This document shows positions 51,801 through 62,878 of a stretch of 64,000 nt of DNA, one piece after another. The stretch covers positions 553,557 through 617,556 of the forward strand of contig MU006093.1 of assembly GCA_010093705.1 (NCBI GenBank), written 5' to 3'. Every line of letters starts with the position of its first letter. The stretch's first letter is position 1. This stretch comes from Patellaria atrata CBS 101060. Its lineage: Eukaryota. The translations under genes and the position numbers were made by a program. A model generated the notes under the pieces. That model was given only the letters and a program-made list of their open reading frames with translations, searched no databases and was not told the origin of the DNA.

Positions 51801-52537
51801 GTTAACATTTCCATAGGTTTATAGCCATGTTGATAATGCAAAATAAGCACCAAGTACTCTTGCGGTTTGACTTGCCAAGCATGCATGGCTTCTTCTGAAA
51901 TGCCTAGTTTTGCCACTCTGCAAGAGACTGTCACAAAACAAGGACCACCGTCTAAGAGGGAGGCAAGATGCCCAATCTTAAATCCTGCATCCTTTGCTGT
52001 CTTCAGGTCTCGACGTATGCGACTTCTTAAGGAAGACAGAATGGGCGCATTGGATGTAAAGTATTTGTACGTGCTTGCATCTGGTGCAGTGTTTCCAGCC
52101 CTATTCTCCTCCTCCTCGGAATCGCTAAAACCGTAGTTCTCACTTTCGGAATCTGAACGGTCGGCCCCCTCTTCCTGACTATCTGGCATGGGTGTATCAC
52201 CATCTCTGTCCCGGGAGTCTGCCGAATCCATCGACCTAGACACGAGTTCAAGTAGTTGTATTACAGATAGACCGGAAGTGCGGGTCAAGCCCATGAGAAC
52301 ATTCGATATCGAGCTTGGAGCTCCATCTTCAGCAAAGACGTGATAATCGTGAGTTGAGGGATAATCAGAGACGTCGGGTATTATCGCAGAAATAGTGTAT
52401 GATAGTCCCTCTTCCTTGGGAGCAAGATTGAATGTGAACTGTCCATCATCTTCTCCCTTTTGTACGTTAGATATGTAAGGAATATTTACACCTTGGATAG
52501 CAATTTTTAAGTCGGCAATGAAAGATTTTCGCGGCAT
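48889..52537 (-). CDS. PARP-like (mono-)ADP-ribosyltransferase fused to a UBE2Q-type E2 domain
   Basis: Cys-rich HFVRCTEFCLNCH...KPYVCDSPLCLYQY; ART domain FAWHGS.LANWHSII...HGRAFGNGVY...QTRYLFV; E2 domain NLYQWIIEL...YPMSPPFVRVVRP...GGHITAGGALCMELLT..GWS. Intron 49111-49162. Confidence 0.88.
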
Positions 52538-53384
52538 TGCTTCGAGGTAACGGCTGCTTGAGGTCAACGGTTAGGTTAAAACAGTTTGGGGTAAGAATCG
52601 TATTCCATGGAGGATCTGTTACGAGGAAGTGTAGGGATGACTAGAAGTTTGGAGAGAGCGCGTGTGTTTTAAATAAGTTGGAAAGAAGGCATACACATCT
52701 TATTGTGCAGATACAGCTCTAGATGTCTTCGATGATATTGGTAGTTCAAGCAACCAGATGGTTAAGGGCGCCCAACGCTACCTCGACTCGAGCGAGAACT
52801 AATCTTGGAGATTGAAGTAAAGTGACGAGCCCGTAGAATGCTGCACTATTAAGACTTGGGACTTGGTCAGAGCATCACAGTTCAACGTTGCTTACGGACA
52901 ATGTAAGTGAGAGGTGCAAACAACCCAGTCGTTGTGTGCTGTCAAGTGAAGGACGTGGTGAACCGAAGGTAAAGACCAAACCTACATGGCATGAAATTTA
53001 AGAATTAATTGTATTTGTACGTTTCTGAGGCTACGAAGACTGAAAGTAAGGTAAAAGAGTGAATTGTGGCCAACAGGCAGCAGACCTCACAAGGCTTTGA
53101 GATCTGATGAGGTAGCACAGCTGTGTGGGCAGGAAAGGTGATGTAGTCCCTTGTTGCAGGTTGAACTAGTACAGTACTAGCTATCTACAGCCTAGTCTAA
53201 TTCTAGGCGTTAGATACCTTACCCATCAGCAAAACCTTTCCCAAACTCAACCTAGTCTCGCCTACCACCAAACCTTCTTCCGTTAGACTGTTCTGTATAT
53301 TATCTTGTTTCTGCCCTATCCAGAATATCAATTAACAACCTCAGATGATCCAAGTCATCCTCAGCTTAATGCTCACGTATTCTA

Positions 53385-54440
53385 ATGGCGGTCACGATAG
53401 ATGACGAGAACATACGAGCCAAACCGGTGACGAGTCATGTCTCGGATCCAGGTCTACGGCCGTTCCTCCAACCAGATTTTGATACCGCCGACTACCTTAA
53501 CTCTGCATTATCGAACCTATCGCTATCGTCTACTTCTAGACTCGCAAAACAGACCAATTCCGTCTCCCTCTCAGAGCTTTCTTCCGAAACCCAGACTCTT
53601 CTTTCCACCCTCAATGCTCAGAGCAGCCGGTTGACAAACACACTTACTCAATTGACGGATGATATATTGAGGGCAGGAGGAAGATTGGCCTATCAAGTTG
53701 AACTATTACGCGGAGAGACGGTCGGGCTCGTGGAAACCCTTTCGGAGACGCTGCAGGATGATATACTACGGTTTGTCCCTGAGGGTATCGAGCTTGAGAG
53801 TGCGACGAAAGACAACGCAGATATCAAAACCGACGAGGGGCACAATGATGTCAAAGCAGAGACGGAACCTGATACTACGGATCTATCAAAATCAACACCA
53901 CCCATAAAAGAAAACGGTCCGCAACCTGCTCATATCACTCAGTTACGCACGTTGACAGCTGTGAAATCGCGCTTAGAAGGCGTTATCAAGGTGTTCGGAG
54001 AAGCCATGCAGTGGACATTGCCCCCCTCCGAAGTGTCTATTACGTCTTCTCTCATCTCAGTTTCGGCACCTGAACCAGATTCGAAAAGCCAGAGCCGTGA
54101 AGAGCGAGGGCGAGAGTTTGCAGAAAAACTACGCGCAGAGATTGCTGATATTGTTATCGGCAGTACTAGTCAGGATGATAACGGTTTTGATGGCGCTATG
54201 GCACGCATCAATACCCTTAGGGAACTATCTAAAGTCTGGAAAGGCACTGCAGAGGAGAAGGCTCGGACCAGGTTTGTCGACGGGTTGGTCAAACTTGCGG
54301 AAGAGAGACAGAAATCTCTCGAACGTAGCGGAAAGTCCCACGTCAGACCAACTGCTCGCAACTCTTCACCAAAGAAGCAAGGAACTCGGGGCTTCTTGGA
54401 AAATTTACAAAATATCCGGAACAATATTTACCTCGATTGA
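53385..54440 (+). CDS. Conserved fungal helical protein, possibly a COG/CATCHR tethering subunit (Cog7-like)
   Basis: 351-aa ORF. N-terminal PFLQPDFDTADYLN followed by coiled coil is typical of CATCHR subunit N-termini; the family call is tentative. Confidence 0.6.
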   Translation: MAVTIDDENIRAKPVTSHVSDPGLRPFLQPDFDTADYLNSALSNLSLSSTSRLAKQTNSVSLSELSSETQTLLSTLNAQSSRLTNTLTQLTDDILRAGGRLAYQVELLRGETVGLVETLSETLQDDILRFVPEGIELESATKDNADIKTDEGHNDVKAETEPDTTDLSKSTPPIKENGPQPAHITQLRTLTAVKSRLEGVIKVFGEAMQWTLPPSEVSITSSLISVSAPEPDSKSQSREERGREFAEKLRAEIADIVIGSTSQDDNGFDGAMARINTLRELSKVWKGTAEEKARTRFVDGLVKLAEERQKSLERSGKSHVRPTARNSSPKKQGTRGFLENLQNIRNNIYLD

Positions 54441-55086
54441 GTGATGACCCCTTGAAGCAAGTACTACCTCTAGGTGGATATGGAGCCTGAATGGTACCTA
54501 CGCAGGGAGGTAGCTCGACTATTATTACTTCAAACTAGATAACACCTCTAACACGGTCTTGCCGCGATTGTACGGTTATTCTGAAAACAGAATTTTTGAG
54601 CTAGCTTGTACGGAGTACTGTACAAGATCGGCCAGATAATCGCAATCCATGGTAACCGTGCTTCATACAGTAACCGTACAGCAAGTTCGTATCACCAAAT
54701 ACGAGAGGAGGACGGCATATTCACAACCATACCGTAGTGGCTGATCTTCTTCCCTCGGCTTTGCGTACATAGAGTATACCGTATCGTTATACCGTACAAA
54801 CCGAGCCATTCATGTATTCATCTAGATTGTATTTTATTCTCATCCCGTACGAGCCGGTCCTGTATCATCATCGATAATTTCAACTCGAATATTTACGTTG
54901 CTAAGAAAGGTGGATTCCTAGATCACGTGTTGATCGCATAGAACTACAAACCCTGTAGCTCCTCTGGTGGGGTTTCCGTTTACCAGGAATGACCTTCGAA
55001 ACCAAATGCAAGATGCAACCCTATGAGACTCACAGATAAAAAGCTCAACAACTCAGAATTGCTACCTCAGTTCCCTTTCCAACAGA

Positions 55087-56232
55087 ATGGCAACCCTACC
55101 GTATCCCCAACGTCCCATCATAATCCTCGGCGCCGGCATCATCGGACTCACTGCGGCTCACACTCTTCTGCAACACGGATTCCATGTCATACTCGTAGCT
55201 GCATTCTTGCCGGGTGACACCAGTCACCTGTATGCGAGTGCATGGGCCGGAGCGGCATGGTAAGCTCCCCGATTACCCCAGGAATCGAAGTGTTCGTGTG
55301 ATTGCGGGGAAAGCTTCCTTTATTTAATTTCTCCCCCGTTGCGGGGTAGGCATGCGGCTGCGAATGTCTCGGACGAGAAAAAGGGCATACAGGTTATGTC
55401 GCATCGGGTACTGAGAAAGTTAGCGAGGGAGGAGCCTGAGGTAGGGGTTAGGGTTGTAAGATCACGTGAGTATTTGAAGGATGTACCTGATGAGAAAGGG
55501 TCGATTTGGGAGAAGAAAGTACTGTCAAATGTGAGTATCTCTTGATGTTCTGCGATGAAATATTTTCTGATGTTTCAGTTCCGGGTATTAGCTAGAGGAG
55601 AGTTCCCGGAAAATTTCGCCGCCGGATGGGAATATGATGGAATTGTCATTGACCCCACAAAACATTTACCATGGCTGATGAAGAGTATTGATGCTGCTGG
55701 AGGACAGTCCATACAAAGGAGGGTCAGATCAGTCTTGGACTTATTCTACTCCTTTCCAGAAACTTATATCATCATCAATTGCAGCGGGTTGGGGAGTAAA
55801 GAGCTCGGAGGTGTGAATGATAGGAATTGCTTCCCGGAACGGGGCCAAAACGTCTTATTGTAAACGAATGACACAAGCTCAAGTTATTTTAGAAACGGAA
55901 AAGAGTATACTTATATCATTCCTCGGCCGATGAGAGGCATACTCGTGCTGGGCGGCGTAAAGCAGAGGGACAATATTTCCTCCGATATCGATATGGATAT
56001 TGTGCGAAACGAGATCTTAAGGGCACATCGATCAGCTCCTGAAGTCGTTCCAAAAGACCCTCCAGCAAGCTCCCTCGATTACATTGTTGGGATCAGACCT
56101 TCGAGGGATGGCGGGTTTCAACTAAAGAAAGAGACTATAGGACTCTATACTCCTCTTCATGCCTATGAATTCGGTGGTCAGGGCTATGCATACTCCTATA
56201 GCGTTGCCTACGCAATTGTTGCGGATGGGTGA
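55087..56232 (+). pseudogene. D-amino acid oxidase-family gene with an in-frame nonsense codon
   Basis: Motifs IIILGAGIIGL, YASAWAGA, IINCSGLGS, PERGQ, TYIIPRP, LVLGG and VGIRP. Introns 55260-55349 and 55531-55578. TAA at 55861-55863, with homology continuing in the same frame. Confidence 0.8.
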
Positions 56233-57033
56233 AGAGACCGAATTTGATAACATGGTACGGAGCAAGTTGTAGCTTGAGACTTGAGACTCCGACCGTATCG
56301 AATATCTAATAGGTAAGGATACTATGTCGAAATATCTAAGAATCACCTCTTTTTTAAATAAGGGAGATCTCGAGATACTTTGTATGTACCTTACGCATAG
56401 TATCTGAGAGCGGATGGTCGTCGGAAAACTCGGGTGGCAAGCGCCAAGACAGATTTCCAGGGGCGTGAACAGGTTTCACAAAAATTATGTGCTGTCGTAG
56501 TGTTTCTCAACTCCTCCAACCTCCTCATAGTTCCTTATCTAGAAAGCCCGGTAAGGCAACCTCAACGCTTCTGTGCAATCAGAACAGCGTGTATGCCATA
56601 GGGCTAAGGTCTGAAATCCAGGAACAGAAGTACAGGACGTGAAAATACAATCTGAAAATAGATACCCAATCATACCCTTGCGGGTAATGAGCAGACTAAT
56701 ATGGATCGAATCTTCCCTTTATACGCAAATCACCGTTAGGCGCTTGTTCCCGTGGTTCAGGGTAGTATCAAGGTTCTATTTCATTGCATCATACTGTTCT
56801 TTGTATGTCAACTGTCTCAAAATGCTATATCTCGTGGCACTGTGGCAGTCGCTCTCCGTACGCCGAAATCAACTGTTCGTTCTAGAAAAGGCAAGGGCTT
56901 CTTTATTATTTAGTATCTTCGCATTCGCTCTAAAAACCGCCTAAGTAATTCAACCCTAAGTCTACATTCTTTACAAACCTATGAATATCACGTATGAAAC
57001 ATATAGGGACTGACTTTAACTATGTGCAGCAAT

Positions 57034-58290
57034 ATGGGCTCCTTACTCGACAAGATCAGGAACCGACTTGGCCTATTCAAAAGAACTAACACGCCACAAC
57101 CACCCCAAGAGAATCAACGGCGAGGCGATGACCAGCAGGTTCCTATGCCTAAGGTGACTTCCGGGACTCTACGAGTAGATCTTGCCAACCAGACATCCTC
57201 CAACAGAGTTTATGCATATATTACCGGCCGCGCTATTGACAACAACAATGCTCTATTCCTCCTAAGATCGGACGGCAAAACACCCTTCTATCCATCATCT
57301 CCTTCTGCTATCGGCTCCAATTTGCCTGCGGACATTGCTATTTCACTCGGCGGCCCTGGGAACACTATACATTGCATTATACCTCGAATTGCTGGAGGTA
57401 GGATTTGGTTCTCTGTTGACCAACCTCTCGTATTCAAACTCAATCCCGGTCCCGCGCTGGTTGAGCCCTCCGTGACAAATCCCACTGATCCCAATATCAA
57501 CATCAACTGGTCATTCGCAGAATTCACGTACAATTCTTTCCAGCTATTTGCAAATATCACGTACGTTGACTTCGTTGGTGTACCTATCGCCCTAACCCTT
57601 ACCGGTGATGGTCACCCAACTCAACACGTCTCTGGGATGCGCGAAAACGGAGTAGACCTTGTCGCCAACGGACTGAGAGCTCAAGAAGCTAAAGACGGTC
57701 GGAAGTGGAGCGCGTTGATTGTTCAATCAGGAGGTCGTAACCTTCGTGTTCTGAGCCCGAATAATGTTCACATGGCAAACCCCGACCTATTCAAAAATTA
57801 CTGGGACCCATATGTTGACCAAGTATGGAATCATTACCGCTCCGTTGACGTTGCTATCAACACTCAGGCAGGCTATGGAAACGTTAGAGGTAGGGTAGCA
57901 AACAACAATCAACTCGCCTTCCAAGGAGCCGGTGGGTTCAATAGACCGTCCGCGATGGATATCTTCAGTAGCAATACCGGTCCCTTTGCTACTGGAAGTA
58001 ATCAGGAGAGGAATACGGTCATTCCGCGTCTCGCTGCTGCGTTCAATCGTTCCACATTGCTGCTATCCAATAACCACCCCAACGGAGTTCGAGCAGATCA
58101 GTATTATAAGAACCCCATAACGAACCATTACTCTCGCATTGTGCATGAAACGAACTTGGACAAGAAGGGTTATGGGTTCCCTTATGACGATGTCACGCCT
58201 GATGGAGGGGAAGGACAGGAAGGGGCTGTTGCTAGTGGAAACCCTACGTTGTTCACTCTTACTGTTGGTGGCCGTAACGCTCATACGTAA
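57034..58290 (+). CDS. GH64 beta-1,3-glucanase (thaumatin-like fold), no signal peptide
   Basis: Motifs GGRIWFS, PALVEPSVTNPTDPN, WSFAEFTYN, ANITYVDFVG, RLAAAFNRSTL, TNHYSRIVH and GYGFPYDDV. A possible 11-nt upstream exon lies at 56981-56991. Confidence 0.9.
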   Translation: MGSLLDKIRNRLGLFKRTNTPQPPQENQRRGDDQQVPMPKVTSGTLRVDLANQTSSNRVYAYITGRAIDNNNALFLLRSDGKTPFYPSSPSAIGSNLPADIAISLGGPGNTIHCIIPRIAGGRIWFSVDQPLVFKLNPGPALVEPSVTNPTDPNININWSFAEFTYNSFQLFANITYVDFVGVPIALTLTGDGHPTQHVSGMRENGVDLVANGLRAQEAKDGRKWSALIVQSGGRNLRVLSPNNVHMANPDLFKNYWDPYVDQVWNHYRSVDVAINTQAGYGNVRGRVANNNQLAFQGAGGFNRPSAMDIFSSNTGPFATGSNQERNTVIPRLAAAFNRSTLLLSNNHPNGVRADQYYKNPITNHYSRIVHETNLDKKGYGFPYDDVTPDGGEGQEGAVASGNPTLFTLTVGGRNAHT

Positions 58291-58832
58291 ATATTTCCGG
58301 TATTAGCGGAGGTGGTCGGTCAGTTCCGACATCTTGTATAAGAGGGCTATTGAGCGAGCATTTTATGGTTACTTTATTGATTTCATATGATAGCAAGCGG
58401 TTTGGAATTTCACTTCTTCTTGGTCCCCTAGCTTCCTATCCTTCCATTCTATTCGTTATGTCCAAACTCATGCCAAATTGACGACAACAGCTCTTCAGAT
58501 TTGCGATATTTTACCTTTGTGGTTCGAAATATATTTGCCGTCATATATGGTACTGTATAACTATAACATATATACAAGTACCTTAGAAGATGACGAGGCT
58601 TGATAGAAATGACATTATATTTCTATATTAATCGTGCAAGTTTGCTTTTTGATGATGTGGTTCTGACTTCTAACTTCTAACGAACGCGCGACGCGTCAAG
58701 ACGGGAATGGCTGGTATGAAACCCTTTTGGAGCTTGGGTCGCATGGTGGAGTGAGCTTCACGATTTTCGAAAGTCCGAAATGTACTCTCCGGCTCGAAAG
58801 AACTTCTTTCCAATTCAAAATCATAATTCAAA

Positions 58833-60350
58833 ATGAAAGTCCTCAAATCATCGTTATTTAGCTGTATTTCCTGTAGGAATCATCTCTTTAGGACCTTTGA
58901 GCTACCGCCAATGCACACTTCCATGCGATCATATACCCGACCGTCAATTGCTCCGAAACCGTATCTCGATATAAAACATATTCGTCAGAACCCAGGACTG
59001 TATGCTCAGAACTGCATTGACCGTAATTACAAGGCACAAAGCAATCATTCATGGCGGATACTGGAGCTATTCGAGCAATGGAAATTATGTCAAGAAGCTG
59101 GAAGAGGACTGCGAGAGCGAAGCAATGCTCTTCGCGCACAACTATCTTCTCCGTCCGAGTCGTCCTCTACGACCAGAGACAGCATACTGCAAAAGTCGAG
59201 AGAAGTTAAGGGCAAATTAGGAACAATTGAGCAGAAAGAGAAGTCCCTGCAGGATGAAATGGAATACCTTGCATTGCAGCTTCCCAATCTCAGTAGCGTA
59301 CAAACTCCGACTGGAAACGTCCCTGAGGTCTTGGGATACATTAATGAGCCCTTGAAGCTAGAATCCACTGGAACGGACAGAATATGCCGGTCGCATGTAC
59401 ACATAGGATCAGAGCTCAGGTTGATGGATTTTGCTGGAGCCGCAACCGCATCCGGTTGGGGCTGGTATTATTTGATAAACGAGGGCGCTCTCTTGGAACA
59501 GGCTCTTGTTCAATACGCGTTAAATGTTGCTATGCGGAGAGGATGGAACGTTGTATCACCGCCGTCGATCGTATACTCCCACATTGCCGCTGCCTGCGGC
59601 TTCCAGCCAAGAGACCAGCATGGGGAGCAGCAAATCTATAGCATAGAGCAAGCAGAAAAGGACAAAGCAAAACCACCACTGGTACTCGCCGGTACGGCCG
59701 AAATACCATTGGCCGGAATGAAGGCAGGTGAATATCTTGAGGAGTCCGAATTGCCATTAAAAACAGTAGGTATTAGCCGGTGTTATAGGGCGGAGACTGG
59801 GGCCCGTGGTGTGGATACCAAAGGCCTCTACAGAGTTCATGAATTCACAAAGGTCGAATTATTCGCTTGGACTTTGCCGGACCTACCTTCGGAGGAGCAC
59901 TTTACAACGAATGACGAATTACACTCAACAGTCGTTTTCGATGAGATAATATCCATACAGAAAGAGATCCTTGAGAACCTTGGACTTCACTGTCGGATTC
60001 TGGAAATGCCCTCGGCTGACCTTGGCGCAAGCGCTGTCAGAAAACAAGACATTGAGGCTTTCTTCCCTTCGCGGAGAGCAAAGGACGAAGGTTGGGGTGA
60101 AGTAACTTCAGCTTCTATCTGTACAGACTACCAAAGCCGCAGACTGGGGACAAGAGTGCGGTTCTCAAAACAGTGTAGGAAATTTGACTTCCCTCATACT
60201 GTTAACGGAACTGCTCTTGCTGTACCACGAGTAATTGCCGCCATACTGGAAAAACACTGGAGTGAGAACGACAAGTCGGTGACTATCCCTGAGGTATTAA
60301 GACCATATATGGGTGGCGTTGAAGTAATACGAAAGCGAAAATTATCATAA
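58833..60350 (+). CDS. DIA4: Seryl-tRNA synthetase, mitochondrial-type
   Basis: Motifs LPNL, LEQALVQY, LAGTAEIPL, CYRAETG....TKGLYRVHEFTKVE, DIEAFFP, EVTSASICTDYQSRRL and HTVNGTALAVPR. Basic presequence-like N-terminus. Confidence 0.92.
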   Translation: MKVLKSSLFSCISCRNHLFRTFELPPMHTSMRSYTRPSIAPKPYLDIKHIRQNPGLYAQNCIDRNYKAQSNHSWRILELFEQWKLCQEAGRGLRERSNALRAQLSSPSESSSTTRDSILQKSREVKGKLGTIEQKEKSLQDEMEYLALQLPNLSSVQTPTGNVPEVLGYINEPLKLESTGTDRICRSHVHIGSELRLMDFAGAATASGWGWYYLINEGALLEQALVQYALNVAMRRGWNVVSPPSIVYSHIAAACGFQPRDQHGEQQIYSIEQAEKDKAKPPLVLAGTAEIPLAGMKAGEYLEESELPLKTVGISRCYRAETGARGVDTKGLYRVHEFTKVELFAWTLPDLPSEEHFTTNDELHSTVVFDEIISIQKEILENLGLHCRILEMPSADLGASAVRKQDIEAFFPSRRAKDEGWGEVTSASICTDYQSRRLGTRVRFSKQCRKFDFPHTVNGTALAVPRVIAAILEKHWSENDKSVTIPEVLRPYMGGVEVIRKRKLS

Positions 60351-60809
60351 TATATGAAATGAAGGATAGATCTAACAGCTCACTTGCATATTCTATCAGA
60401 AATAAAATACCCATTAATATAAATGGAGCTCACTAGATCACCAGGCCTGTTATATGACTCCACGGTGACTTAGCTTACATTCGGTTTCCATGTTCTCCTT
60501 GTCAGAGAGTTTGTACAATATTGTTCGCTTAAAACAGAAAGAGAAGTTGCCCTTCCCATACAGCAGAGTGCAATGTCGAAAACGGTCAGAACGAACAGTA
60601 TACAGAAATCGGTAAAGCGGGTGTACAGCTATCGGGAAGACCGAATTTCACGAATATTAAGACAGAACTTTCAGGTCAATTTGTGGCCGACATATGATTT
60701 TTATCAATACTTTAAGCTAACTAATACAGCATACAAAAGTATGAGATTCAGGATACAAAGACTAAGACTAATATCAAACGTACATTTATACAGCGCCTGG
60801 TATCATTCC

Positions 60810-62582
60810 TTATCTTCCAACTCCAACATCCATGTCAACACCATAGTGTTTCAGGAATTTGCCCCAGACGGCACAATGTTCACGCTCACCAATCGCAATT
60901 AGCCACAAAACTCTCCCAGCCCCATCTTCCCAATCTATGGGCCGTACACCATGAGCATCTTTGTACTCTGGTGCGGTTCCAATATAGCTAGGATCGACGG
61001 TATTTATGGCTACACGGTCTTTCATCCACGCCCTATAGGCCTCTGTTTCTGTGATCATGTTCAAAGCCGCTTTCCCTGCTGAACTGGGAATCATCTCGAG
61101 TAGGCCTTCCCGGGACGAGACATTAACAATTTACGCGAGGGGTTTGTTGCGTACAGTGTACCTCTCGGATGTTGAGTACCCTATTACTGGCAGCAGCTCG
61201 TGGCATAGAATCAGCGGTGCAGATATATTGGCCGAGAGCGCGATGATGATATCCTCGTACGGAATTTCCGAACGTGACCGTACCCGAATGAGTTTGTACG
61301 GGCATTGGCTTCAGTGGTATCATCACCTGAGGAATCTTCGCTCGAACGGGCCCCTCTCTCCTCGTATACGGGCTTTGTACATATTTCCTCTCACTAATGT
61401 CGAGCTACGGCTACCAGTAAGTAGCAATTTTTTCTCATTTTGTAAAACCTTTCTCTCCTCGTCAACTGTATCCGTCGAGGTTTGGGTAGCATTGGTGATC
61501 AATATGTCTAATCCGCAGTCCCATTTTCGTAGTATCTTCTTTGTACAAGATACTAAATCAATGGCGTCTCTGGCGTGTCTAAAACCAGCGCCGATAACCC
61601 TCAACCTACCTTTCCACAAATCGAAGTCTGGCTTTATGGAGTATCTTTGTACAGCATCCTGAGGATACCGAGTGGTTGCAATGACTGAGCCGCCACATCG
61701 GAGCACCCTCAGTGCTGTATGATAACCCAGATTTACCCTTGCCCCGGTAATCAATGCTACTTTTCCTTGCAGATTCAAAGCATTAGGCAATGAAAGGTTG
61801 GACCCTGCGATATTCAATCTGCCGCATGGTACGCACAAGCGATGGTACGATGGATGGGATACGGTGAGTTTGTACCGGGAAATATAGCAAAAGTTCAACC
61901 TTTGCCCTTTTCGAGAAGCCGTTTCGGTACGGAAACTTTGAACAGTCTCACCCCATGTTGGCCCTTTCCATACGTCTTCCTCTGCCGATGGTCCGGCTGT
62001 ACTGTAGGATCCTGGCTCGGTACAGGACTTTGTTGTTTCCATTTCATCGGCTAGTATCGCCGTCTGTTTCATAACATCGGAGAATGAGCTTCATAACGTT
62101 AGCCCCTTTGCTCGCATCAAGTAGTCGTACAACCGAAGCGCGGTATCGAGATCCTTCTGTGATGGTACGGAAATTGCATCCCTAGCCTGTCTCTGCGTCT
62201 CCAATTCTTCCTCGTCTTGGTCCATACCGAGCTTAACATCCATCTCTTCCTCATCTAAAAACTCAAAATCTACTCCATCTATCTCAACTCCTCTCGTATC
62301 TCCTATCGATCGTAAATGATTCAGTATCTTCTTCCTCGTCCGTTCGTACACATTGCGATTGACGCTACGGGGAATCGCCGTACGGTTGTCATCCAGTATG
62401 AGGTGCTCTGCTATCTCATCTGCGAAAGGGGTGGAATGAGGCGGGAGTTCGTATGCCAGTACGCTAGGAACCAGATTTTTGTCATAAGTCAGTTCGTCGC
62501 GCCGCATTTGAATTGCGATGCTACGTCGGTCTTCGTTGAACATAGAGTCTTCGTACTCTTTAGGGGTGCTTAGTTCAACCAT
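60810..62582 (-). pseudogene. Extended SDR-family oxidoreductase pseudogene
   Basis: One frame carries CY....H..Y.RLC..C, ALITGARVNLG, TTRYP, EIPYED, IVNVSSREG, KAALNMITET and PIDWEDGAGRVL. It is interrupted by stops at 62091, 61323, 61320, 61311 and 61131. Confidence 0.85.
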
Positions 62583-62878
62583 TCCCAAGGTGTTAAGTGT
62601 ATAAGTGTATGGATTTGTGATAAGGATGTGCGCTTGTATAGGGGGTGTGAATGAGTGACGGTAAGGTAATGGTTGTATAGAATGTGTATCACATAATGGT
62701 GAGGCATCAACATTAGCAAAAAATAATCATGTTACACTTGATAGATGTCTTACCCACTTTACGTGCTGGGCACTCTTCCCTAAGAAGATCAAAATTCACA
62801 CACAACACCAAACCACGTGATCTACCCGCTCTTAGCTCTTGCACCTTATATACCAAATTTTCTGCAGCTATTTCCATA

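Noticed and set aside
6237..52537. Ubiquitin-themed gene cluster (RBR E3, E2, PARP-E2, Cdc26-like)
   Set aside because: The genes are spread over 46 kb among unrelated genes, which is compatible with chance.
61051..61662. 203-aa plus-strand ORF
   Set aside because: It is antisense to the SDR pseudogene.
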